A stretch of 64,000 bases of DNA from Gemmatimonadaceae bacterium (GCA_035469245.1 DATISA010000213.1:2595-66594), one strand, 5' to 3'; positions 8,544-18,127 are shown, counted from the first letter of the stretch. The notes: a model not told the origin generated them from the sequence alone. Numbers and translations: made by a program.

Positions 8544-9662
8544 TCAGCGGGCCGCGGCGAGGTTCTCCTCTACGTGGTCCACGCGCTTCATACCAACGAG
8601 CGCGGTCGTGACGCCAGGCAACGACCGAACGAACGCAATCGCGCGCTGCCCGTCCTTCGTCAGCGCTGGAAAAGCTTCCGCGATTGCCGCCGGCAGGTTC
8701 GAGGTCAGCCGCGATTGCATGAGCGTGGCGCTCGTCATCACGGAAAGGCCCAGCGCGGCGGCGGCTTCGACGGGCGTCATCAAAGTGCCGTCGACGACCT
8801 GAGTCGGATTCCGCACTGCTTCCGGCATGGCGAGACTCAGCGGGAGTTGGATGACACCAAAGTGGTGCGTGCCGCCCGCCGCCTCCCTCGCGACGCTCAC
8901 GAGCTCGGTCAATGCGAGATGTCCTTTGGTGCCGGGCGGCACACGTAAGCCGTCCCAGGTCGCACAGCCGTAGCTTCCGATCTCGCCACGCGCCGCGGCC
9001 TCCTCCAGCACCGTGAACGCCGCCCGCATCCGCTTCAAGAATTCCTCACGCGGCACGGCGCCGGCCTGCTGTTCCGGGTTGTGCACGTAGTAGACGTCGA
9101 TCGCCCGCAGTCCAAGGTTCTGGCGGCTCTTCGCAAGGCAGTAGCGCAGAAAGCGCGGCGAAAGCGAATGTCCACCGGCGACAAGCTCCTCGCGCAGGAG
9201 AATCTCCGGATCGAGAAACTCGCGCTTCAGGTATTCCTGATACTCCTCACGGCTGCCCGGCGGCGTCGTGTCGAACGGTACGTATCCGCCCTTCGTGCAC
9301 ACGACCAACTCGTCGCGATGAACCGTGCCCGCCGCGATCGCCTGTTGAATCGCGGCTCCGCAGACACGCTCAGCCCGTTGGCTGCGGTAGTTGATCGACG
9401 TGTCGACGACGTTGATGCCGTGCTCGATCGCGTGCCGGATCGCCGCCTGGTACGCGGCGTCGACGTCGTCCGTGCTGTCGCCCAGATAGGTGCCGATGCC
9501 GATCGATGAGGCGTAAACCCCGAGCGACTCGCGAAAATAGTCCGGCTGGAATACACTGTCGAAGCGCGCGCGGTAGCGCGCCGTTCCGTCCGTTGTTGCT
9601 CGGAACGCCAGGGTATCGATATGCAGAGGTGTCGAACGAGCAGAGCGGGACTGGGGCGGCAT
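8544..9662 (-). CDS. Aldo/keto reductase family oxidoreductase
   Basis: GINVVDTSINYRSQRAE (D..Y), VVCTKGG, HNPEQ, and the C-terminal LVGMKRVDHVEENL typical of AKRs. Confidence 0.8.
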   Translation of the reverse strand: MPPQSRSARSTPLHIDTLAFRATTDGTARYRARFDSVFQPDYFRESLGVYASSIGIGTYLGDSTDDVDAAYQAAIRHAIEHGINVVDTSINYRSQRAERVCGAAIQQAIAAGTVHRDELVVCTKGGYVPFDTTPPGSREEYQEYLKREFLDPEILLREELVAGGHSLSPRFLRYCLAKSRQNLGLRAIDVYYVHNPEQQAGAVPREEFLKRMRAAFTVLEEAAARGEIGSYGCATWDGLRVPPGTKGHLALTELVSVAREAAGGTHHFGVIQLPLSLAMPEAVRNPTQVVDGTLMTPVEAAAALGLSVMTSATLMQSRLTSNLPAAIAEAFPALTKDGQRAIAFVRSLPGVTTALVGMKRVDHVEENLAAAR

Positions 9663-9774
9663 ACGTCACAGAGGTAGCCCGCGCCGTTTGGCCGCGCAAG
9701 TCGAAGACGGCATCGCGATTGCTGCCCGCGGTCCGTCGTATCTGTGTCAAGGTATCAGCTATAGGAGAGCTCGC

Positions 9775-11826
9775 GTGCGGCACATCGCTCCTGGTCTTGC
9801 ACTGACGATTGGCGCCGCCTGCGTGGGCCGCGGACCACAAGTCATCACTCCGGTCCGCGTCGATACCGTTCGCACCGTCGCGCCGCCTCCGGTCGTGACG
9901 GTGACTCGGCCGATCAGCACCACTGCCGACGACCCGTTTCACCGCGTCGATCGTATGGAGTGGCCAGGGCCCAATCGCTATCGCGATGCGAGCGGCGCGC
10001 CCGGGCCCGACTACTGGCAGCAGCGTGCCGACTACACGGTGTCCGCCACTCTCGACACCACCACCAGAACGGTCCATGGCACCGTCAGCATTCGCTACAC
10101 GAACAACTCGCCCGACACCCTACGATTCATCTGGCTGCAGCTGGACCAGAACCTGTATCGACCGGGCAGCAAAGGCGCCGCCATGTTCCCGGCTGAGTCG
10201 CGATGGGGCGTGCGCGGATTCCAGGGCGGCTACGTGATCACCGGATTACAGGTGAACGGCAGAGGTACCACCGCACGCACCGACGACACGATGATGCGCG
10301 TCGATCTGGACGCCCCGCTGGCCCCGCGCGGCGGCACCGCGAGCATCGGCATGCAGTACTCGTTCGCGGTTCCCGATCATGGGTCTGACCGCATGGGCCG
10401 CGATAGCGCCCTCTACGAGATCGCGCAGTGGTACCCGCGGGTGGCCGTGTACGACGACGTGCGTGGGTGGAATACCGATCCGTACCTTGGACAAGGCGAG
10501 TTTTATCTGGAGTACGGAGATATCGACTACGCGGTGACCGTTCCCGCGGGCTACGTCGTGGCGGGCAGCGGCGTATTGCAGAATCGCGCCGAAGTGCTCA
10601 CACCTCCACAGCGTGAGCGTCTCGATCGAGCCGCAGCATCATCGTCCGTCGTGCCGATCATTACGGCCGACGAAGCGGCGGCCGCCAAGCGGCGCGCCGT
10701 TGCCGGGACCAGAACGTGGCGCTTTCACGCCGAGCACGTGCGAGACGTCGCGTGGGCAGCGGCGCCTGACTTCCGATGGGACGCTACGAGCTGGGACGGC
10801 GTGCTGATCCAGTCGTTTTACGAGTTCTCTAAATCGGGCCGCGCCTGGGAGGCTGCCGCAGAGCAGACGCAATGGTCGATCCGCACGTACTCCGAACTCT
10901 GGACGCACTATCCGTATCCGCAAGCGACGTCCGTTGCCGGCCCGGTTGGCGGCATGGAATATCCCATGTTCGTGATGGTTCATTACGGGACCGCCGACCC
11001 GTCATCGATCTTCGGTACGATCGATCACGAGCAGGGCCACGAGTGGTTCCCGATGCTCGTCGGATCCAACGAGCGCCGTTACGCGTGGATGGACGAGGGA
11101 TTCAATACCTACCAGAACGCGTTCTCCAACGAGCGGCGCGACCCCGGCACGACCGCGTTCCCCGGGTACCTCGCGAACTGGCGGCAGGCGGTGGACAACG
11201 GAAAGCAGTCACCGCTCATGACGCCGCCGGATCGCATCGACCCCGACGCGCTCGGCGCCGTCGGCTATCGAAAGCCGGGCGCCGTGCTGCTGGCACTCCG
11301 CGACAACGTGATCGGACGTGACGCGATGGACCGCGCAATGCGTGAATACGTCCGCCGCTGGGCATTCCGGCATCCCACGCCCGCTGACTTTTTCCGCACC
11401 GTGGAGAACGTGTCCGGCGAGGATCTCTCGTGGTTCTGGAATGCATTTTTCTACGGGACCGACGTGCTCGATATCGCGGTCGATGGAGTCACGATGCGTC
11501 AGTCGAACGGACAGAACGTCGCCGAAATCGAGCTGCGGCGCGCTACGAGTGTTCCGTTTCCGATCACGCTGCGACTGCGATTCACCGATCGCTCAACCGA
11601 AGATGTTCATCTACCCGTCACGATCTGGGCGCGAACGGATCGCTACACGGCGGCGGTGCCGGTATCGAAGCAGGTTGTGGGCGCACGGCTGTGGCCGGAT
11701 CCCAATGTTCCCGACTGGAATGCAGCGAACGATGCGTGGGGCGACGCTCCGCCGGCCGAGCAGCGGTCTGCCTCGACTGGTGGCGGAATTGTTCCACCCA
11801 TTCCTCCGGCTCCGCAACGGCGGTGA
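9775..11826 (+). CDS. M1 family zinc metallopeptidase (aminopeptidase N-like), probable lipoprotein
   Basis: HEQGHEWFP...WMDEGFNTY (HExxH-18-E). GTG at 9775 is preceded by AGGAGA (9763-9768) and gives VRHIAPGLALTIGAAC with a lipobox-like sequence. The track ORF opens at 9688. Confidence 0.88.
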   Translation: MRHIAPGLALTIGAACVGRGPQVITPVRVDTVRTVAPPPVVTVTRPISTTADDPFHRVDRMEWPGPNRYRDASGAPGPDYWQQRADYTVSATLDTTTRTVHGTVSIRYTNNSPDTLRFIWLQLDQNLYRPGSKGAAMFPAESRWGVRGFQGGYVITGLQVNGRGTTARTDDTMMRVDLDAPLAPRGGTASIGMQYSFAVPDHGSDRMGRDSALYEIAQWYPRVAVYDDVRGWNTDPYLGQGEFYLEYGDIDYAVTVPAGYVVAGSGVLQNRAEVLTPPQRERLDRAAASSSVVPIITADEAAAAKRRAVAGTRTWRFHAEHVRDVAWAAAPDFRWDATSWDGVLIQSFYEFSKSGRAWEAAAEQTQWSIRTYSELWTHYPYPQATSVAGPVGGMEYPMFVMVHYGTADPSSIFGTIDHEQGHEWFPMLVGSNERRYAWMDEGFNTYQNAFSNERRDPGTTAFPGYLANWRQAVDNGKQSPLMTPPDRIDPDALGAVGYRKPGAVLLALRDNVIGRDAMDRAMREYVRRWAFRHPTPADFFRTVENVSGEDLSWFWNAFFYGTDVLDIAVDGVTMRQSNGQNVAEIELRRATSVPFPITLRLRFTDRSTEDVHLPVTIWARTDRYTAAVPVSKQVVGARLWPDPNVPDWNAANDAWGDAPPAEQRSASTGGGIVPPIPPAPQRR

Positions 11827-11954
11827 GCGAGCGTGCACAACGACCGCTGAGCAATCGTGGCCTCTCCGAATGCGGGTCGTCCTGATGGCAGCGGACCCGA
11901 GGTGTGCTTAGATTCTGCGGTTCACTCTCTTTGTCCCAGGATTGGAGTAAGGCA

Positions 11955-12707
11955 ATGCCAGGTTTCGGCGTGTGGGCGGCGCGGTGGTGGATGCCCATCG
12001 TGTTCGTCGTCATTGCGGGCCACTTCACGAATGTGTGCGTGACGCTGTTTCTGCATCGCGCGCAGACGCACCGTGGTGTACGGCTGCACTACCTGGCCGC
12101 GCTGCCGATGCGCCTGTGGCTGTGGCTGACGACGGCGATCGTCACCAAGGAGTGGGTCGCTTGCCACCGCAAGCACCACGCGTTCGCGGATCGTGAGGGC
12201 GACCCGCACAGTCCGCTCCTCGAAGGCCTTCGCAACATCGTTTTCAAGGGAGCGTTCTACTACCGGCGCGCTGTCCGGCAGCCGGGGATGCTGGAGAAAT
12301 ACGGAAAGGGCACGCCGAATGACTGGATCGAGCGGCATCTGCTCAGTCGGCTCAACTGGCTCGGCATCCTGATCATGCTGGCGGCCGACATCTATCTCTT
12401 TGGCTTCTTCGTCGGGCCGATTGTGTGGGGCGTGCAGATGCTGTGGATCCCCTTCTGGGCGGCCGGCATCGTCAACGGGGTTGGCCACGCCCTCGGCTAC
12501 CGCAACTTCCAGGTCAAGGACGAGAGCCGGAACATCGCGCCCATCGCCATCTGGCTCGGCGGTGAAGAGCTGCACAACAACCACCACGCCGATCCCAAGT
12601 CCGCGCGCTTCGCCGCGCGCTGGTTCGAGTTCGACATCGGCTGGCTCTACATCAGGCTGCTCCAGTTCCTCAGGCTCGCCAAAGTCGAATACGCTCGCGG
12701 CCACTGA
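11955..12707 (+). CDS. Membrane fatty-acid (acyl-CoA/acyl-lipid) desaturase
   Basis: Three His boxes: HRKHHAFAD, GVGHALGYRNF, LHNNHHADP. ATG at 11955 follows GGAGTAAGG. Confidence 0.85.
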   Translation: MPGFGVWAARWWMPIVFVVIAGHFTNVCVTLFLHRAQTHRGVRLHYLAALPMRLWLWLTTAIVTKEWVACHRKHHAFADREGDPHSPLLEGLRNIVFKGAFYYRRAVRQPGMLEKYGKGTPNDWIERHLLSRLNWLGILIMLAADIYLFGFFVGPIVWGVQMLWIPFWAAGIVNGVGHALGYRNFQVKDESRNIAPIAIWLGGEELHNNHHADPKSARFAARWFEFDIGWLYIRLLQFLRLAKVEYARGH

Positions 12708-12773
12708 GCGCCACACGGGCTCTGTGCCGCGGGCGAGCTTCGCGGCGTTGATGGGACGACAGCAAACGAGTTC

Positions 12774-12803
12774 GGCGGCGCCCAGGCGCCGCCGTTTCTT
12801 TCT
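12774..12803 (+). terminator. Rho-independent terminator after the desaturase gene
   Basis: GGCGGCGCC (12774-12782) / GGCGCCGCC (12785-12793), followed by GTTTCTTTCT. Confidence 0.6.
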
Positions 12804-12864
12804 GCGTCATGCCACCTGAGCGCGATCGGCGACATTGCTACATTTCGAAAGACTGAGGAGCGTT

Positions 12865-13143
12865 ATGCCCGAGATCACCTGCACGCGTTGTGGCCAGACG
12901 AAGCCCGCCTTCGAGCGACCCCCGTTCCCCGGCACGATCGGTCAGCGGATCGTCGAGCAAATCTGCCAGGACTGCTGGGGACAGTGGCTTCGCCAGCAGA
13001 CCATGCTCATCAACCACTACGGTCTGAATGTCATGGATCCCCAGGCACGAAGCTTCCTCAAGCAGAACATGCAAGCCTTTCTCTTCAAGTCCGGCACTGA
13101 AGAGGAGGTCGACACCACCAAGAAGGGAACGATCGAGTGGTAG
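12865..13143 (+). CDS. yggX: Fe(2+)-trafficking / oxidative-damage protection protein YggX
   Basis: MPEITCTRCGQTKPAFERPPFPGTIGQRIVEQICQDCWGQWLRQQTMLINHYGLNVMDPQARSFLKQNMQAFLF is the YggX signature. GAGGAG lies 5 nt before the ATG. Confidence 0.9.
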   Translation: MPEITCTRCGQTKPAFERPPFPGTIGQRIVEQICQDCWGQWLRQQTMLINHYGLNVMDPQARSFLKQNMQAFLFKSGTEEEVDTTKKGTIEW

Positions 13144-15029
13144 GGAGCTGGTGTGAAGGCGCACGGCGCCGCGGGCTGGCGGCGCTCTCGGCAATCGTCG
13201 CCGCCGCCTGCGGCGTAACACCGTCGTCGGCGCCCACGCCAAGCACCGGCGCGCGCGCTTGGGTGGATTCCGTGCTCGCCACCATGAGTCCACGCGACAA
13301 GGCGGCGCAGCTCGTCTGGCCACAGCTCTTCGGCGACTACACGCCGGCGTCGAGCGCTGGATGGGAGCGTGTCCGCCAGTTGATTTCGCGCGATCACGTC
13401 GGCGGGTTCATCATGTCAATCGGATCGCCGATCGAGACCGCCGTGAAGATCAACGCCATGCAGCAGCTCAGCACTCTACCGCTGGTTTTCGGCGCTGACT
13501 ACGAAACGGGCGTCGGGTTCCGGCAGCGTGGCGGGTACTTCCTTCCGAACAACATCTATCTCGGCGGCGGGACGATCTTCCCGTACCAGATGGCACTCGG
13601 CGCCACACGCGACACGTCGCTCGCGTACGAACAGGGGCGGATCACGGCCATCGAGGGGCGCGCCCTTGGAGTTCACATTGCCTTCGCGCCGGTTCTCGAC
13701 GTCAACAACAATCCAGCCAACCCCGTGATCGGGATGCGCTCGTTCGGCGAGGACCCGCACCTCGTGGCGGCCATGGGGCGGGCGCTGATACACGGTCTGC
13801 AGGACCATGGCATGGTCGCCACCGGGAAACATTTCCCGGGACATGGCGACACCGACGAGAACTCGCATCTCACGATCACGACTGTCCATGCAAGCCGGGC
13901 GCGAATCGATTCCGTAGAGCTGGTGCCGTTCCGCAGTGCCATTGCCGGTGGCGTCCAAGGTATGATGACCTTTCACGGTCTCATTCCGGCGCTCGACACG
14001 GCATCGATCCCCGCCACGCTCAATCCCGCGATCATGACCGGGTTGCTTCGCAAGCAGCTCGGCTTCAAGGGTCTCCTGATCACAGACGCCATGGACATGA
14101 ACGGCGTCCTGTCGCGCGTTTCAGTCCCTGCTGCTGCCGCGGGCCAGACCGTCTCCGGCAACTACGGGGCACAGATCAAGAACGCGCTCAGCATCGCAGA
14201 GGCATGCAAGCTCGCGGTGTCCGCTGGCGCCGACATTCTGCTCATGCCCAGCGACGTTCCGGCTGCGATCGACGCCGTGGTCGAGGGCGTGCGCCAGGGT
14301 CGATTCACGCAGGCCCGCGTCGATTCGTCCGTCCGTCGTGTACTCGAGATCAAGCAGCGGCTCGGTCTGGAGCGGCGGCGCGTTGTCGATCTGGACAGCG
14401 TACGGGCAATCGTCGGCGACACGGCGCATTTGCGCGTCGCCGCGTCCGCGGCGCAGCGGTCGATCACGTTGGCCAGGGATTCGCTCTCGCTGGTGCCGCT
14501 CGCGCGTACTGGAACGGGAACCGCGGCACCACGCCTTCTTTCGATCACCATCGCCACGCGGGCCGACCTCCCGGCGGGCGCCACTTTCAATGCCGAGCTG
14601 CGCGCCGGCACGTCCGCGCTTCGAACGGAGCTTGTGAATCCCGAGGATTCCACACCCGGCTTCGATCGGCTCCTGCAGGCGTCCGACTCCTCGGACGTCA
14701 CGGTCGTGGGCTCGTACCTGTCGACCGGCTCCACTGTCACGAACCCGAATGCCCCCGAGCCCATCGCGGCTTTCATGCGTACGCTCGTCCAGCGTCATCC
14801 TCGGACTATCATCGTGGCCTTCGGCAATCCATACTTGCTGCAGCAGGTCCCGTCGGCGTCTACCTACGTCGTGGCCTGGGGTGGCTTTCCGGTGTCGCAA
14901 AGCGCGGCTGCGCGTGCCCTGCTCGGCAGCGCCCCGATCGGTGGAAGACTGCCGATCAGTATCCCGCCACTGTTGCGATTCGGCGCTGGTGAGGACCGCG
15001 CGGCCGTAGCGCGGGCGCCTTCGCCCTGA
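13137..15029 (+). CDS. Glycoside hydrolase family 3 (beta-N-acetylhexosaminidase/NagZ-like with C-terminal domain), lipoprotein
   Basis: KHFPGHGDTDENSHL, GLLITDAMDM, signal/lipobox LSAIVAAAC. The GTG start overlaps the yggX stop. Confidence 0.88.
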   Translation: MVGSWCEGARRRGLAALSAIVAAACGVTPSSAPTPSTGARAWVDSVLATMSPRDKAAQLVWPQLFGDYTPASSAGWERVRQLISRDHVGGFIMSIGSPIETAVKINAMQQLSTLPLVFGADYETGVGFRQRGGYFLPNNIYLGGGTIFPYQMALGATRDTSLAYEQGRITAIEGRALGVHIAFAPVLDVNNNPANPVIGMRSFGEDPHLVAAMGRALIHGLQDHGMVATGKHFPGHGDTDENSHLTITTVHASRARIDSVELVPFRSAIAGGVQGMMTFHGLIPALDTASIPATLNPAIMTGLLRKQLGFKGLLITDAMDMNGVLSRVSVPAAAAGQTVSGNYGAQIKNALSIAEACKLAVSAGADILLMPSDVPAAIDAVVEGVRQGRFTQARVDSSVRRVLEIKQRLGLERRRVVDLDSVRAIVGDTAHLRVAASAAQRSITLARDSLSLVPLARTGTGTAAPRLLSITIATRADLPAGATFNAELRAGTSALRTELVNPEDSTPGFDRLLQASDSSDVTVVGSYLSTGSTVTNPNAPEPIAAFMRTLVQRHPRTIIVAFGNPYLLQQVPSASTYVVAWGGFPVSQSAAARALLGSAPIGGRLPISIPPLLRFGAGEDRAAVARAPSP

Positions 15030-15045
15030 TCTCTCGCGGAACGGC

Positions 15046-15073
15046 TTGACATTATTAGCCGTCTGATACTAAT
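15046..15073 (+). promoter_or_regulatory. Candidate promoter giving a near-leaderless NrtR-like transcript
   Basis: TTGACA (15046-15051), 16 nt, ACTAAT (15068-15073). The ATG at 15083 lies only ~10 nt after the -10, with no SD. ATTAG-N11-CTAAT inverted repeat inside the spacer. Confidence 0.4.
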
Positions 15074-15082
15074 TCGCGTGCG

Positions 15083-15778
15083 ATGCCCACTCGATCCTCT
15101 GCGGCACGCGCGCCTGCCCGCGGCTTCGCGCTCGGTGTTGACGTCGTGCTGTTCACTCCGCGCGAGCGCGCGCTGGCCGTCTTGCTCGTGCGCGCTGCGA
15201 CCTCCCCCTCCGGCGCACGGGAACAGTGGACCCTGCCAACCGACACCCTGCGTGCCGGCGAGTCGGTCGATGAAGCCGCGATGCGGATCGCCCGCGATGC
15301 GCTCGGCGTCGCGCCAACGCACCTCGAGCAGACCAGTGCGCTCGGCGGTGCGCGCCGACCGACGGATGGACTTGCCGTCACCATCGCCTACGCCGGGCTA
15401 ACGCCGGTCGGCACCTTGCCCCGGCGGCAGACGTCCTGGATTCCGGTCATGGAGGCCACATCCCTCTCCTTGCGGCAGCGTGAGGAGATCGAACGCTCAA
15501 TCGCCGCGATTCGTGCGAGAATCGACCATCAACCCATCGCCTTCAGACTACTGCCAGACGTCTTCACGCTGAGTGAGTTGCAGGCTGTTTATGAAATGCT
15601 GCTTGGGCGCTCGCTTCACAAAGCGAGCTTTCGGCGCTCTTTGCACGCGGCTGCGATCGTCGAGGCCACGGACGAATGGCGCAGCGAGGGCCGCGGCCGT
15701 CCGGCGCAGCTCTTTCGCTACGCACCGCCGCGGCGACGGCGACCGCGGCGTGGCGTGCGTTTCGATCTGCTGGGCTGA
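15083..15778 (+). CDS. NrtR-like regulator: degenerate Nudix domain + C-terminal winged-helix domain
   Basis: The Nudix fold region GESVDEAAMRIARDALGV lacks the REUxEE glutamates. C-terminal FTLSELQAVYEMLLGRSLHKASFRRSL matches the NrtR-type wHTH. Confidence 0.7.
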   Translation: MPTRSSAARAPARGFALGVDVVLFTPRERALAVLLVRAATSPSGAREQWTLPTDTLRAGESVDEAAMRIARDALGVAPTHLEQTSALGGARRPTDGLAVTIAYAGLTPVGTLPRRQTSWIPVMEATSLSLRQREEIERSIAAIRARIDHQPIAFRLLPDVFTLSELQAVYEMLLGRSLHKASFRRSLHAAAIVEATDEWRSEGRGRPAQLFRYAPPRRRRPRRGVRFDLLG

Positions 15779-15779
15779 T

Positions 15780-16088
15780 TCAGTCCGCGCGTTGTGGTCC
15801 TTCGATTCGCAATAGCGCGCGGGCGATTGCCGCGTTATCGGTGGCCATGTGGTACAGTTCAGCAAAGGCGGGCGACCGCTCGTCGCCGTCCGCTTCCGCG
15901 ATCACCACTGGATGGTGACCGTCACGTCGTTCGTGCTTCCCGCGACGTTCGACCGAGACGAGCGTGCGCGCCGGTTCCGCATCCCCCCGCCGCACGTCGA
16001 TCGCCACGTACCCGCCACCGGGGAGCTCACGCCAGTATACTGCTCCGATGGTGTCGCTCGACTGTTCCATCATTCGGCCCTCCAACAT
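15780..16088 (-). CDS. Small hypothetical protein (about 100 aa) immediately downstream of the LigD-Pol gene
   Basis: C-terminal part of track ORF 15780..16649, starting at MLEGRMMEQSSDTIGAVYWRELPGGGYVAIDV. Abuts the stop of the upstream gene. GC3 is only moderate. No motif. Confidence 0.4.
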   Translation of the reverse strand: MLEGRMMEQSSDTIGAVYWRELPGGGYVAIDVRRGDAEPARTLVSVERRGKHERRDGHHPVVIAEADGDERSPAFAELYHMATDNAAIARALLRIEGPQRAD

Positions 16089-17131
16089 CACAGGCCACCG
16101 AGCAAAGCGTCTAACGCCCGGCGCGAATTGCGCCGCTTCATCGCAGCGCCCCAAATATCGCCAATCCGCCGGACCCGAACAGGCATCGTTTCGATCGTGA
16201 ATTGCGCGAGTCGCAGCCCCGGACGGAGATCGGTCCACGCGATCGGCGCGGAAACCGTCGCCTTGGAACGCGCACGCACGGAATAGGCCGCCACGACGCT
16301 CTTGCCTTCCGCGTTCTGTTGTGCGTCGACGTAAATCGTGCCCGCTGGCCGGTCCTTGATGCTGCGCTCCACCGTCGCGCGCTTGGGCTGCTCCTCGGCG
16401 ACTCGGCTGGCAATCGCCGTCGCCAGCTCCGAAGACTCGACGAATGTGGTGCCTGGCGGCAGCGGCAGCACGATGTGCAGCCCGGATGACCCCGAGGTTT
16501 TGATCCCGGCCTGCAGCTTGAGCGTCGCGAGTACCCCACGAATCTTCACTGCCAGCGCCACCACGTCGCCAAACGGCACGTCTTCGCCCGGGTCGAGATC
16601 GATCGTCGAAGTGTCGGCAAACTCCAGGTGCCTGGTTCGAGTCTGCCATGCATGCACTGAAATTGTGCCTATTTGCACCGTGTAGAGCAACGTCAGCAGA
16701 TCGCCACCGACAATCCGTTCAGCCGGCTGGCCGGATTCGGTCGTGACCCGTGCGGTCCGCACGTGCTCAGGAATGGCATCACCGGCGTTCTGCTGAAAGA
16801 ACGACGGCCCCGCGACTCCATCCGGATACCGCTTGAGCACCAATGGGCGGTCCTTGATTGCGGGCAGGATCGCCGGCGCCATCGCCGCGTAGTAACGCAT
16901 CAGGTCGCCCTTCGTGGTGCCGAGCTCGGGGAAATACACCTTGTCCAGACTGGTCACGCGGAGTTTCTTGCCTCTCCCGAGCTCGAGCGTACCATCGCCT
17001 GTTGCCGCCTCGATTTCTTCGAGTTGCTTTACGATGGGGCTGCTCGACGACACCGCCGATCCTCGCCGCGGTTTGATCGTCGCGCGACCGGGTCGGCTGC
17101 GTTTCCGCGATTTCGGATTTCGTATGCTCAT
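16088..17131 (-). CDS. Stand-alone LigD polymerase/primase domain protein (NHEJ PolDom, AEP superfamily)
   Basis: KVYFPELGTTKGDLMRYYAAMAPAILPAIKDRPLVLKRYPDG...FFQQN, DLDPGEDVPF, KTSGSSGLHIVLPL, YVDAQQNAEGKSVVAAYSVRARSKATVSAPIAW. No ligase or phosphoesterase domain in the ORF. Confidence 0.85.
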   Translation of the reverse strand: MSIRNPKSRKRSRPGRATIKPRRGSAVSSSSPIVKQLEEIEAATGDGTLELGRGKKLRVTSLDKVYFPELGTTKGDLMRYYAAMAPAILPAIKDRPLVLKRYPDGVAGPSFFQQNAGDAIPEHVRTARVTTESGQPAERIVGGDLLTLLYTVQIGTISVHAWQTRTRHLEFADTSTIDLDPGEDVPFGDVVALAVKIRGVLATLKLQAGIKTSGSSGLHIVLPLPPGTTFVESSELATAIASRVAEEQPKRATVERSIKDRPAGTIYVDAQQNAEGKSVVAAYSVRARSKATVSAPIAWTDLRPGLRLAQFTIETMPVRVRRIGDIWGAAMKRRNSRRALDALLGGL

Positions 17132-17338
17132 ATCACCGACCTCGTGTGCCAGCCACTGGAAGCTATTCGCGCTCCGGCTGCGGGCAGCGCCCTCGAGGCA
17201 TTGAATGATATTTTACTAATACGTATATGATCGCAAGCCACGCGGTCGCGCCGGCCACGTCATCCGCGCTTCGCGACCTCGGTTCGGCGTTGCGGAGGAT
17301 CCGACGCCACGAGTGGGCTGGTATCGCGCGTGCCCGTT

Positions 17339-17374
17339 ACGACAACGCCCCGGCGATCGCCGAGGCGTTGTCGT
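17339..17374 (-). terminator. GC-rich hairpin downstream of the cold-shock gene (no U-tract)
   Basis: 11-bp perfect arms ACGACAACGCC / GGCGTTGTCGT with an inner CGGC/GCCG extension, 19 nt after the csp stop. The flank is AACGGGCAC, so it is not a canonical intrinsic terminator. Confidence 0.35.
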
Positions 17375-17392
17375 TCGACCGTTCGCGCGGGA

Positions 17393-17602
17393 TCATGGCG
17401 CCTTGGTGACGTCCGCCGCCTGCGGTCCCTTCTGGCCTTGAACGATCTCGAATTCTACTCGATCGCCTTCGGCCAAGGACTTGAAGCCGCTTCCCTGGAT
17501 GGCGCTGAAGTGGACGAACACATCCGGGCCGCCCTCTCGAGAGATGAAGCCATAGCCCTTGGCGTCGTTGAACCACTTCACGGTGCCGGTTAGACGAGCC
17601 AT
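17393..17602 (-). CDS. Cold-shock protein, CspA family
   Basis: [65 protein letters not shown] (RNP1 KGYGFI, RNP2 VFVHF). SD AAGAGG upstream. Confidence 0.95.
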   Translation of the reverse strand: MARLTGTVKWFNDAKGYGFISREGGPDVFVHFSAIQGSGFKSLAEGDRVEFEIVQGQKGPQAADVTKAP

Positions 17603-17820
17603 TGCACTTACCTCTTGCAGAAACTGTGAGCCATGATCTCGCACCGGAGGCGGCGGTCAGCGCTGCCGGCGGGCGTGATCCACCTCGCCTCGCAAGCCGT
17701 CGCCAAAATCGGCGAGGCCGCTTGGGAGGTGAGCGGGGCAAGTTTTGTGCAACTCGCGGGGCTCGACGGTCGGACCTGGTCGCGAGGTTGCGACAGGTCT
17801 CTGTCTGCCGGCCTGGTTGG

Positions 17821-18030
17821 CTATGCGGCGCCGGCGATGTACCGCGCGATACGTCCGCACTCACGACAGCGGAGCGTCACGTGCGAGCGCGGTGGCGGCG
17901 GGACCTGGTTAGGGGTGCGCTCGATTGGTCCCGAACACGAGGGACAACTGAGCGGTGAACCAGTGCGGTCGTTCGCGATCAGATTCAGTGCTTGTGCTGG
18001 GTTATACGTAGCCGGACGCGGCTTGCGCAT
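17821..18030 (-). CDS. Small Cys4 zinc-ribbon protein (69 aa), hypothetical
   Basis: CPSC...(24 aa)...CREC. Sits between an AT-rich promoter-like spacer and the csp leader. Moderate GC3. Confidence 0.45.
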   Translation of the reverse strand: MRKPRPATYNPAQALNLIANDRTGSPLSCPSCSGPIERTPNQVPPPPRSHVTLRCRECGRIARYIAGAA

Positions 18031-18090
18031 ATTCCCTCCTCAACAGCAAGACATCCCCGGTCGACAGCGGCGCCGGTACGCCATGACAAC

Positions 18091-18127
18091 TAACCTTCTA
18101 ACCTTCTAAGACTATCAAGCCTATCAA
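18091..18127. repeat. Two adjacent pairs of short tandem direct repeats in an AT-rich divergent promoter region
   Basis: TAACCTTC TAACCTTC TAA (18091-18109), then CTATCAAGC CTATCAA (18112-18127), ending 1 nt before the TTG start at 18129. Confidence 0.6.

Noticed and set aside
17227-17409. 60-aa plus-strand ORF in the LigD-Pol/csp spacer
   Set aside because: It overlaps the csp 3' hairpin and the csp stop. It has no SD and no motif. It is more likely non-coding promoter and terminator DNA.
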